A stretch of 32,000 nucleotides of DNA from contig DASPFY010000022.1 of NCBI GenBank assembly GCA_035620895.1, positions 37,892-69,891 on the forward strand, in the 5' to 3' direction. The stretch's first letter is position 1; each line of letters starts with the position of its first letter. Made by a program: the position numbers and the translations under genes. Shown in pieces: positions 9,047 through 16,730 of this stretch. Below the pieces are notes generated by a model. It saw only the letters and a program-made list of their open reading frames with translations. It did not search any database and was not told the origin of the DNA. Source of the DNA: Nitrososphaeraceae archaeon (GTDB lineage Archaea; Thermoproteota; Nitrososphaeria; Nitrososphaerales; Nitrososphaeraceae).

Positions 9047-9799
9047 ATGCATGATAGATATATGGCCGATAATTCTGGATTTTCTCTCAGAGTACTTGAA
9101 AATGAAACTCAAGATAAAGGGAGGAATATTGTAAGGATTGACCCAGAAATCATGCACACATTAAACATTTCTGATGGTGATCTTATTAGCGTTATTGGGC
9201 CCCAAAATGAAACTAACATTATTTGTCTGTCCTTGCATCCTACTGATACAAGCAATGATAAAGGGATAATTCGAATTGATACCAAAACAAGAGATTTGAT
9301 TGGTGCAACGCTTGGAGATATTGTTACAATAAAAAAGGCAATACTGTCTGAAAAAAATAACAAATCCACAAAGATGGATACCCTTGAAATCTCCGAGGAT
9401 ATAACAAATTCAATAATAATCACCGGGTCTTGTCATAATTTTGAAATTGAACGCCAAAAGATAATGGAATTCCTAAAGTCGCTTGAGAAAGAAGTACACT
9501 TGAATCATAACTACTGCAAATGCTATGCTAATGGCAAAAAAACACTGGGGTGGGATTTTTTTGACATTGCTGTAGACTTGAGACTGGTACAAAGATTGAT
9601 AGAAATACATCCTGAGATTAACAAGCAAGAAGCCGCAAGTTTGGAGGGACGATTTGCACTCTGGTTACAGGCAAAATTCAAAAAGACAAAACATGATTAT
9701 CATTTGAAAGTAAGCGAAATTCCCTACGAACCTGTAAGCGGATTTCGACTAAATCCTAATGATTTCAGGGATAAAGGAGATTTGGAAAACCTTCGCTAG
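9047..9799 (+). CDS. CDC48/VAT N-terminal (double-psi beta-barrel)-like domain protein without an ATPase module
   Basis: 'LRVLENETQDKGRNIVRIDPEIMHTLNISDGDLISV...PTDTSNDKGIIRIDTKTRDLIGATLGDIVTIKK' follows the VAT-N/CDC48-N pattern (LRV.E...G..VR.D...GD....KGI.RID...R...GA..GD.V..K). The track ORF begins at TTG 8918 inside the amoC terminator region, so I prefer ATG 9047 or 9062. The C-terminal ~150 aa are unrecognised. Confidence 0.6.
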   Translation: MHDRYMADNSGFSLRVLENETQDKGRNIVRIDPEIMHTLNISDGDLISVIGPQNETNIICLSLHPTDTSNDKGIIRIDTKTRDLIGATLGDIVTIKKAILSEKNNKSTKMDTLEISEDITNSIIITGSCHNFEIERQKIMEFLKSLEKEVHLNHNYCKCYANGKKTLGWDFFDIAVDLRLVQRLIEIHPEINKQEAASLEGRFALWLQAKFKKTKHDYHLKVSEIPYEPVSGFRLNPNDFRDKGDLENLR

Positions 9800-9833
9800 A
9801 CTAGTATCATTTTGTTTATTTTGGTCTAAAATC

Positions 9834-9857
9834 AAGAAATGAAGAAATGAAGAAATG
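9834..9857 (+). repeat. 8-bp tandem repeat (aagaaatg) x3 spanning the start codon of the next ORF
   Basis: 'aagaaatg aagaaatg aagaaatg aaga' places ATGs at 9839, 9847 and 9855, one in each reading frame. Confidence 0.8.
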
Positions 9858-10736
9858 AAGATACCAGACGAAGTTCAAGCCTTCCTGAGCAAAAACAGTG
9901 ACTTGGAACTAGGCCTTATAGGTTGTAGGGCTGATAGCTCTCATGTTTCGTATGATTGTTGTGAATATGATATAGCTGTTCTTGGAAGCAACGGAAACGG
10001 CTATGATAAAAAAATAATGCAGCTTGGACATAACACACTAGAATTTTTGCATTTTCCAAACTATCAAAAATATGGTCATAGTGACATTTCACTTTTCAAC
10101 ATGATAAAAATAGAGAAGTCAAGTGCCCTGTTCATTTCTCCACACCCGCCAAAGATAGATAGAAAAACTTGGTATATTTCAGCAGGAAAACGTAGAGTCG
10201 TTGATTCACTTTTTAATGTCTCTAAAAATGGTAATACTAAATCGGAATCAAATGCCTCTCTTGCCTCGCTCAACCTAAAAATAGCAGCATACGCTCTCAT
10301 TGAAGGTATCATTTTAATATCCCAAACAAGACCTATGCCCATTCATGAATTAAACCAGTTACGCCAGGTCGAAGTTCGCAAAGATTTCATAAATGAAGCT
10401 ATTCAAGTCTGTATCGAATGCTTGGGAATAGAGAGGGCTACAAGAACAATAATAAATAGATCCTTTAAGGCTCTAAAAGAAATCCTCAAAGAAAGATATG
10501 ATGTTGAACTCTTATCATCAAAAATTAATTATTTACTGAAACAAGGATTACTTGCTGATTCCTATTACTACATAGGTAAACTAGTATGTAGCCATCTTGA
10601 AAAAAGGGATAATGCCTCTCAGCTGAACTATCACAAGCTTAACAGCATAGCTTTAGACCTAACAAATGATCATGAAAAGGTAAAGAAGTTGTCTGCGTTG
10701 GTAAAACGCGACTGCAAGCTTATACTGAAAAATTAA
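9855..10736 (+). CDS. Hypothetical protein, possible nucleotidyltransferase-like N-terminus plus helical Rx4H (HEPN-like) C-terminus
   Basis: 293 aa. 'LGLIGCRADSSHVSYDCCEYDIAVLG' loosely resembles the minimal NTase G[SC]-x(n)-D-h-D/A-h pattern. 'QTRPMPIHEL' contains R-x4-H inside a helical region. This is a weak, by-eye assignment. Confidence 0.5.
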   Translation: MKIPDEVQAFLSKNSDLELGLIGCRADSSHVSYDCCEYDIAVLGSNGNGYDKKIMQLGHNTLEFLHFPNYQKYGHSDISLFNMIKIEKSSALFISPHPPKIDRKTWYISAGKRRVVDSLFNVSKNGNTKSESNASLASLNLKIAAYALIEGIILISQTRPMPIHELNQLRQVEVRKDFINEAIQVCIECLGIERATRTIINRSFKALKEILKERYDVELLSSKINYLLKQGLLADSYYYIGKLVCSHLEKRDNASQLNYHKLNSIALDLTNDHEKVKKLSALVKRDCKLILKN

Positions 10737-10975
10737 GCAATAGGAGCAGCAACCAAAATTGGTTCAATCTCCTTTACCCTTCGGGCCCTTAATTTAGCCT
10801 TGTATTTCAGGTTCCTAGGCTTTGTTCTCAGTCTATATCCACAACATGGACACCACAGTCCATCCCATTTTATGAAAATTTCGCATATCTGGCAGCGCTT
10901 TTGACCGCTTACATACCTTCCTGAACCGACCGGCTTTTGGGCTTTATGTCGTATACATATTCCTTTGCAAGTCAT
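10733..10975 (-). CDS. Zinc-ribbon protein with a basic C-terminal tail
   Basis: From ATG 10975: 'MTCKGICIRHKA...KRCQICEIFIKWDGLWCPCCGYRLRTKPRNLKYKAKLR'. It has CxxC + CxxC pairs. The longer track ORF (to 11023) adds an implausible leader. Confidence 0.6.
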   Translation of the reverse strand: MTCKGICIRHKAQKPVGSGRYVSGQKRCQICEIFIKWDGLWCPCCGYRLRTKPRNLKYKAKLRARRVKEIEPILVAAPIA

Positions 10976-11112
10976 CTTTCCTTCCATATATAAAAAACAT
11001 CTCAAGTATTTAAATATGAACATAAATTTTACAATATTTTGAACATTGCTGATTTATTTCATCAATTTTTTACATGTTGGAGAAAAAGAAAATAAAAAAA
11101 ATATGTTTTTTT

Positions 11113-11367
11113 TTAACTAACTTTTATAGATTTGGTCTGAAAGGCTTCATTCATTGTAAGATATTCATCCAGTCTCATCTTAATGTCGTCTGGTTGAGTA
11201 TCATCCATGCCTGAAAAGCCTGCGTCAAACGTAATCTTGTTGCCAGAGACTGACACATTTTCAATTTCCATGTCCGCGTAGATATTTGCCAGTTCATCTA
11301 CCCACGCCTTGCCTTCATCTTGGTTTAATCCGTTAGCTTCTATCGCTACTTTACACATTTTAGTCAA
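11113..11367 (-). CDS. Hypothetical small acidic protein (84 aa)
   Basis: Isolated ORF with no recognised motif. Confidence 0.45.
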   Translation of the reverse strand: MTKMCKVAIEANGLNQDEGKAWVDELANIYADMEIENVSVSGNKITFDAGFSGMDDTQPDDIKMRLDEYLTMNEAFQTKSIKVS

Positions 11368-11483
11368 TCAAATTCACTAAAGAAAAGTTTGAATTGGAGA
11401 TTTATAAAGTTGACGTATTAAATCTGCAATCTTTGCATATGGATTTAAACCTTAATTGAACCTAATTGTGTTTCCTGTATGTG

Positions 11484-11645
11484 TTAAGCTTCCTCAAATC
11501 CCCAATACTTGACTAGCTCTTTTTCAAACTTTGTAAATTGCTCGTCACTCAGAGGGTCTCCACAATTTTTGTGCGACGCTATTACTTTCATTCCCATGAG
11601 CTTAAAATCTACCTCGTAGAAATGAACGCTAGGACAATCGCACAT
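11484..11645 (-). CDS. Candidate 53-aa Cys-containing mini-protein (below the track threshold)
   Basis: My translation: MCDCPSVHFYEVDFKLMGMKVIASHKNCGDPLSDEQFTKFEKELVKYWGFEEA*. It runs ATG to TAA and does not overlap other ORFs. Confidence 0.3.
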   Translation of the reverse strand: MCDCPSVHFYEVDFKLMGMKVIASHKNCGDPLSDEQFTKFEKELVKYWGFEEA

Positions 11646-11756
11646 TTGCTATTTTTGATTTACGCATCTCTTATTAGTTTATCTAAATTTTCTAGGTTCA
11701 ACTAGCTTAATTGGTGGATGACAATTCTAAAAGTTTATGAGTGCGTTTCCTAATTT

Positions 11757-12848
11757 ATGAGAACTATGGGCAAGTTTTATTCTCACTTACAATTTCCGTT
11801 ATGCAAACCAATTGTTGTTTTGTTTGTATTATTTTCTACGGCTTTGATATTGGTAGTTTCTCAATCAAACTTGAATAATGCATTTGCACAGGAAGATGGC
11901 CGATGGTATGTTGGTGATGGTGCAAAAAAAGACATGTATGTAACATACAAGGTGCAAGAGCAGGATACAAATGCTGGCCGACCGTTTGATATGACAATTT
12001 ATTTTAAGGAATATAATGACACTGGTAAATATTGGGTGGCTCCCACGTTTGTTGTGGACCAGGGACGCGTAATCAACGGAACTCTCCACCTAAGTGACCT
12101 TGATTTAACAGCTTTAGGAACTTCTCAAATCCCTCCAGAGATGACAAAGTACAGGAGTGCTTATTCAAGTTCACTAAAGTGGCTTGCATCATTTGTCTCA
12201 AAGCCCGGTCAATCACTAACTGCGCAATATTGGGGCAAGATAGCATCAATAGGAGGGTCTCCCATTTCACCTACGGGCAAGGCTACCATAACAACACCCG
12301 CAGGAACTTTCGATACCACCACAGTTGTATGGCACAAGGGAGTAGATAATACTATTTGGATTAAAGACGGATTTCCTTATCCCATAAAGGCACAGACATA
12401 TGCCGATATTACAACAGGTAATCCTCCAACACAGTATGCGTTTGAATTGCTCGGAACAGGGCAGGGACAACCTAAGCCACCTGAAAGCCAGGAACAAATC
12501 CCCGTACCGCCCCTAGAACAGAGAACAGAGCGTGGAACATATATCATCAGTCTTACATGGGAGCCTGTTACAATAAAAGCTGGTAACAATACCAAGTTTG
12601 GAATAATATTTTACGATGACAAGAAGAACATAGTTACTGATGTTGGGTATAATTTTGCAATTGTCGATGCTAATGGCCAACTTTTCTTTGCAAAGGATAA
12701 TCAACTTGCAAGTGATGGAACTGCTATACAAAATGTAGTCTTCCAAAAGCCCGGACCAATGACAGTAAAGGTGCTCATATCACAAGCTGGTGCAAGTGGC
12801 CCAAGCAACTTTGTAGAATCCGGTCAGTTTGACATGGTTGTACAGTAA
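11757..12848 (+). CDS. Secreted protein, hypothetical (N-terminal domain paralogous to the next gene, C-terminal Ig-like beta domain)
   Basis: 363 aa. Signal peptide '...VVLFVLFSTALILVVSQSNLNNAFA|QED'. It shares 'ITTPAGTFDTTTVVWHKG...GFPYPIKAQTY' with the downstream gene. A P/Q-rich linker precedes a beta-rich C-terminus. Confidence 0.7.
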   Translation: MRTMGKFYSHLQFPLCKPIVVLFVLFSTALILVVSQSNLNNAFAQEDGRWYVGDGAKKDMYVTYKVQEQDTNAGRPFDMTIYFKEYNDTGKYWVAPTFVVDQGRVINGTLHLSDLDLTALGTSQIPPEMTKYRSAYSSSLKWLASFVSKPGQSLTAQYWGKIASIGGSPISPTGKATITTPAGTFDTTTVVWHKGVDNTIWIKDGFPYPIKAQTYADITTGNPPTQYAFELLGTGQGQPKPPESQEQIPVPPLEQRTERGTYIISLTWEPVTIKAGNNTKFGIIFYDDKKNIVTDVGYNFAIVDANGQLFFAKDNQLASDGTAIQNVVFQKPGPMTVKVLISQAGASGPSNFVESGQFDMVVQ

Positions 12849-12913
12849 TCCTTTTTTTGGTTTTTGGGATATACTTCATTTTTAAAGTCTGATTTGGATT
12901 CATAGTAACATCA

Positions 12914-13624
12914 ATGACCCCAAAAAGAATAATATTTCTAGCTTCAGGAATATTTGCAGCAATAGGAATTCTAGTAAGTGTAGTAATAATTGCCATAAAC
13001 GGTGGTTTTTCAGGGGGTGGAAATGGGCCTTCCATTTTCAATCCACCTACGTCAAAAGACCTGTGGACAATTGGGAGCAACATAGACGATGGGATGAATC
13101 TGACATATTCGCTGACAACCGCATTAGGAGGCAAGTCAAACCTCAAAGATTCAATGGTCTCAATGGCTTTTGATGATATGCAAGACAAATGGAATATAAA
13201 TTTCAATATAAAGAATGGCAGTAGTAGTAATAGTGCAGTCAAAGAAGTTAGTGCCAACTTTTCCAAAAAAAAACTCCTGAGAACAGACCCAATTAGTCAT
13301 GAAAACGAATCGTTAATTCAGCCAATAGAAGGATCAATATTGGTTGTACGTGATCTTGCAAAGGAACCCAGATATCTTGTTGTTGGGGCAATTTGGGACA
13401 AGATATTCACAGGTTCATCTACAAAAGATGTAAGAATAGAAGGTACTGAAAAAATCACTACTCCTGCAGATACCTTTGATGTTTATGCGCTGCAATACAA
13501 AGTAGGTAACTCGATAAGCAAGATTTATTTGAACAAGAATTTACCTTTTCCAGTAAAGGCTCAAGTTTACGATGAAAATGACAAAATTCTGTATGAATAT
13601 GAACTGCAGAGCATATCAAGATGA
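12914..13624 (+). CDS. Membrane-anchored paralogue of the preceding secreted protein
   Basis: 236 aa. N-terminal TM segment 'IIFLASGIFAAIGILVSVVIIAI'. 'ITTPADTFDVYALQYKVG...NLPFPVKAQVY' aligns with the upstream gene. Confidence 0.65.
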   Translation: MTPKRIIFLASGIFAAIGILVSVVIIAINGGFSGGGNGPSIFNPPTSKDLWTIGSNIDDGMNLTYSLTTALGGKSNLKDSMVSMAFDDMQDKWNINFNIKNGSSSNSAVKEVSANFSKKKLLRTDPISHENESLIQPIEGSILVVRDLAKEPRYLVVGAIWDKIFTGSSTKDVRIEGTEKITTPADTFDVYALQYKVGNSISKIYLNKNLPFPVKAQVYDENDKILYEYELQSISR

Positions 13625-13774
13625 ATGAATTAAATTGAAGTATTTTCACAAAAACTATAATGAATTTATGTTCCTAGTATTAGAAAGTTTGAATAATTAT
13701 TATTTGTATTTGCATTTTCTATGCAATCATCACCCGATAACATTTTATAATCCAACTGCAGTGACCATTACCAA

Positions 13775-14578
13775 ATGATTGAGACACTGAAAACTGCATG
13801 CGTGGAAGTTAGAAAGAGCGTAAAAGACCTAGTTGGGACTCCAGAAGGTAACACAAAAATGAGTGTTGGAGCAGGCGGGGACATTTCAAGAAAAATAGAC
13901 TTGATAGCAGAAAAAAAAGTAATAGATATATTAAAGGAATCGGGCAAAAATCCTACAATAATCGGAGAAGAGTGTGGAATCATCAATGGTAACGATAATG
14001 ATGGATATATAATTATGGATGCGATTGATGGAACGACTAATGTTACAAGGTCAATTCCTTTTAATTGCTGTTCACTAGCCTATGCTACTGATTCCAGGAT
14101 TAGCTCAGTTGTAGATGCTGCTATAATTGATATTGCAAGAGGAGATCTGTATTATGCTTCAAAAGATAAGGGTGCCTTTCTCAATGGTAATAAAATATCT
14201 ATCAGAAAAACTGACAGTGTAAAAGAAGATGAAATGATTGCAGGTGTCAATATCTCTGGAATTTCACAAGAGTTGTTGCATTCAATAGGTCCAATTATTT
14301 CAAAACTAAATCACATCAGAGTTTTTGGAGCAAATGCACTAGAACTATGTTTTCTGGCAAGGGGATATCTTGACATGTTCATGGACTTGAGGGATAAGAT
14401 TAGACCAACTGACATGGCCGCCGCTTTTCTAATAGTCAAAGAGGCCGGTGGGCTTGTCCTAGATAAGGCCGGCAATGCATTTGACTCTGAATTATCTTTT
14501 GGTAATAGATTTTCGTTTATTGCTGTCTCTGACATCAAGATCTTCAATCTGTTTGCACAAGACTTTCAATTTAAATAA
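13775..14578 (+). CDS. suhB: Inositol monophosphatase / fructose-1,6-bisphosphatase family protein
   Basis: 267 aa. 'IIGEECG', 'IMDAIDGTTN' and 'PTDMAAAFLIVKEAGG' correspond to the IMPase-family metal-binding motifs (GEE, DPIDGT, WDxAAG). Confidence 0.85.
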   Translation: MIETLKTACVEVRKSVKDLVGTPEGNTKMSVGAGGDISRKIDLIAEKKVIDILKESGKNPTIIGEECGIINGNDNDGYIIMDAIDGTTNVTRSIPFNCCSLAYATDSRISSVVDAAIIDIARGDLYYASKDKGAFLNGNKISIRKTDSVKEDEMIAGVNISGISQELLHSIGPIISKLNHIRVFGANALELCFLARGYLDMFMDLRDKIRPTDMAAAFLIVKEAGGLVLDKAGNAFDSELSFGNRFSFIAVSDIKIFNLFAQDFQFK

Positions 14579-14594
14579 ATAAATAAAAAAGAGG

Positions 14595-14706
14595 CGCCCG
14601 GGCCGGGATTCGAACCCGGGTCGAAGGAGTGACAGTCCCCCATACTAGACCGGACTTTATGTTTCAATAGTTTTAGAATTCCATTGAAACTCTATACTAC
14701 CCGGGC
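14595..14706 (-). tRNA. tRNA-Asp (anticodon GUC) with a ~37-nt non-canonical intron in the D-loop
   Basis: Minus-strand fold by eye: GCCCGGG-TA-GTAT-AG[intron 14691..14655]TCCGGTCTA-GTAT-G-GGGGA-CTGTCAC-TCCTT-CGAC-CCGGG-TTCGAAT-CCCGG-CCCGGGC-G. The acceptor stem has 7 bp and the T-arm is perfect. The intron contains an 8-bp hairpin (GTTTCAAT/ATTGAAAC). Exact intron borders are uncertain. Confidence 0.75.
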
Positions 14707-14846
14707 GCATTGAAAAAGTTCCTACTCTACAATTAATATGTTTTCTTAATATCTTCTTGATATTACTGGTAATTCCTGGCGTTTGGGATCAATATTTGGC
14801 TAAACATTAAATATACTACGGTACACGCTATTCAGAAATATAATAT

Positions 14847-14934
14847 GGGCCCGTAGCTCAGCCAGGTAGAGTACCGGACTTTTATCATTTCGGAAGAAAT
14901 CCGGCTGTCTCGGGTTCGAATCCCGACGGGCCCG
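14847..14934 (+). tRNA. tRNA-Lys (anticodon UUU) with a 14-nt canonical intron (14885..14898)
   Basis: GGGCCCG-TA-GCTC-AGCCAGGTA-GAGT-A-CCGGA-CTTTTA[tcatttcggaagaa]A-TCCGG-CTGTC-TCGGG-TTCGAAT-CCCGA-CGGGCCC-G. The intron sits at the 37/38 position, and the mature length is 74 nt without CCA. Confidence 0.88.
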
Positions 14935-15004
14935 TTAACTACTCGGGTTCATATACTTGTATAGAAGATAGAATAAGCATAGAACGGAGACTGGAGAAAG
15001 AAAG

Positions 15005-15157
15005 ATGACGGTGAGGCTATCTACCACTATTAGCAACATTGAGAAGATTGTTTCGAATGAGCAAAATGTGGAAATAATAAAGAGATTCTTCTTATCGTAT
15101 CATTTCTCATTAGACCAAGTTACTCAAGATTTTAGTAGATCACTTTCCATAGTTTAA
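15005..15157 (+). CDS. Candidate 50-aa ORF translationally coupled to the GNAT gene
   Basis: MTVRLSTTISNIEKIVSNEQNVEIIKRFFLSYHFSLDQVTQDFSRSLSIV*. Its stop lies 2 nt before ATG 15160. Below the track threshold, with no recognised motif. Confidence 0.25.
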   Translation: MTVRLSTTISNIEKIVSNEQNVEIIKRFFLSYHFSLDQVTQDFSRSLSIV

Positions 15158-15159
15158 TA

Positions 15160-16131
15160 ATGGAACCTGTAATTCGCTCCTTAAGAGATGCTGATCTAAA
15201 AGAAGCAGATTCCATTTTTAGACTATCGTTTGGCACATTTCTTGGATTGCCTGACCCTATGAGTTTCTTTGGCGATACAGACTACATCGGTACACGATTT
15301 AGGGCGGATCCTACATTGTCACTGGCTGCAGAGATGAATGGAAATTTTGTAGGATCAAACTTTATCGCAAATTGGGGCAGTGTAGGAATATTTGGGCCAC
15401 TCACAATCCATCCCGATCTTTGGGACAAAGGCATTGCAAAACGTTTGTTAGATAAGACAATGGAGATCTTTAAAGAACTAAAAACTAAACACATTGGACT
15501 CTTCACCTTCTCCAACAGCCCTAAACATATCCACCTTTACCAAAAGTACGACTTTTGGCCTAGGTTTCTTACCGCAGTTATGTCAAAACCTGTAATGTCA
15601 GAGTACGCAGAGAAAAAAAGCCAAGAGAAAATAAGTTGGACCAAATATTCTGACATCCAAAAAGAGCAAACTTCAGAGATTCTTGACAACTGTTCTTCTC
15701 TAACAGATTCGATATATGATGGACTAGATCTCAAGATTGAAATACTATCTGTGGCAGATCAGAAACTTGGAGATACAATTCTCTTGACTGATAACAAAAG
15801 TAACAAGTTGGTAGGTCTAGCCGTCTGTCACTGTGGACCAAAAACCGAGGCTGGAAGCAATACATGCTATGTCAAGTTTGGTTCGGTGACAGCAAGTGGA
15901 GACCGGTTCAAATCTGCTAATTTTGATGACCTTATTGATTACTGTGAACATTTTGCGGCATCCAAGGGACTATCTAAACTTGCTGCTGGAGTTAATCTAG
16001 GTAACTTGGCGGCCTACAGAAAAATGATTTCCAAGGGGTTCAGGACTGAATTCCAGGGCGTCATGATGACTAAAAATAATGATCCAGGGTATCATATTGA
16101 AGACGTCTATGCAATCGATGATTGGAGATAG
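15160..16131 (+). CDS. GNAT-family N-acetyltransferase with an extra C-terminal domain
   Basis: 323 aa. 'LTIHPDLWDKGIAKRLLDKTMEIFKE...HLYQKYDF' is the acetyl-CoA-binding Q/RxxGxG/A-like core of GNATs. The C-terminal ~170 aa are unassigned. Confidence 0.75.
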   Translation: MEPVIRSLRDADLKEADSIFRLSFGTFLGLPDPMSFFGDTDYIGTRFRADPTLSLAAEMNGNFVGSNFIANWGSVGIFGPLTIHPDLWDKGIAKRLLDKTMEIFKELKTKHIGLFTFSNSPKHIHLYQKYDFWPRFLTAVMSKPVMSEYAEKKSQEKISWTKYSDIQKEQTSEILDNCSSLTDSIYDGLDLKIEILSVADQKLGDTILLTDNKSNKLVGLAVCHCGPKTEAGSNTCYVKFGSVTASGDRFKSANFDDLIDYCEHFAASKGLSKLAAGVNLGNLAAYRKMISKGFRTEFQGVMMTKNNDPGYHIEDVYAIDDWR

Positions 16132-16200
16132 ATTAAAGGCAAATTTATCACAGACACAGAATTTCAACGATAATATTCAATCATTGGTCCTCGCGTTCCA

Positions 16201-16233
16201 GACCCGAATCGTTAAGAATTCGAATCCCGACGG
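16201..16233 (+). repeat. att-like remnant D: element-end motif plus a 15-nt copy of the tRNA-Lys 3' end
   Basis: 'gacccgaatcgttaagaattcgaatcccgacgg'. Its last 15 nt (16219..16233) are identical to tRNA-Lys 14915..14929. The whole 33-mer matches 23046..23078 at 28/33. Confidence 0.65.
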
Positions 16234-16478
16234 ATTTGAATGAAAAATAAGTTATTAGAAATGATCTAGAAAATATGTCGTTACTATAAATTATTTCAAA
16301 CATGAAGAAGATGGTTTTTCTAAAATGGTCCCACAATAAGTATAAGACAATTTAGTATCTAATTTTTTGTATATTTTGCAACATTATGTCGAGATATTTC
16401 TTGCCGGAAAGAAAATAAATATTTCTTGAAACGCCCGCATGTATTTAATTAAGAGACATCAGGCTAATGAGTACATTC

Positions 16479-16726
16479 CTATCGATCCCTATCAAACTTT
16501 TCTGGTCCTTCAACAGTATATCCTTATATGAGAGCACCTTTCGGCTTGACATAATCTGGCAAACCGAGAACCCAAGATACCTTTTGGTCCTCAAACGCCC
16601 TACAAAGTATGCACCAATTCCCTCGTTTACTGCAGTTAGTAACATGATCATAGAAGCAAACGTTCCATCTACGATACTATAGAATTCTTTGCCTCGAATA
16701 TATGCCCCAAGTCGAAGGAGATCCAC
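16479..16726 (-). pseudogene. Nitroreductase-family pseudogene (C-terminal ~85 codons; 5'-truncated, frameshifted, internal stop)
   Basis: Frame 1 reads '...FYSIVDGTFASMIMLLTAVNEGIGAYFVGR'. After a +1 shift it continues 'FEDQKVSWVLGLPDYVKPKGALI*GYTVEGPEKFDRDR*', the canonical nitroreductase C-terminus, interrupted by a TAA. The N-terminal half is missing, and the upstream space is occupied by the 101-aa gene ending at 16731. Confidence 0.7.
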
Positions 16727-16730
16727 TATA

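Noticed and set aside
11865-13266. Six minus-strand ORFs (65-163 aa) antisense to the two secreted paralogue genes
   Set aside because: The plus-strand genes are supported by signal/TM segments and mutual paralogy. The antisense ORFs are Cys/Leu-rich with no features.
15005-15157. Idea that the mini-ORF next to tRNA-Lys is the N-terminal fragment of a split SSV-type integrase
   Set aside because: The position would fit, but I see no integrase-like motif in the 50 aa. No matching C-terminal catalytic fragment (R...HxxR...Y) appears in any ORF up to 32 kb.
16445-16726. Track ORF of 93 aa treated as an intact CDS
   Set aside because: It starts at GTG directly against the neighbouring gene, and its second half is out of frame relative to the nitroreductase consensus. 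I re-interpreted it as a truncated, frameshifted pseudogene.
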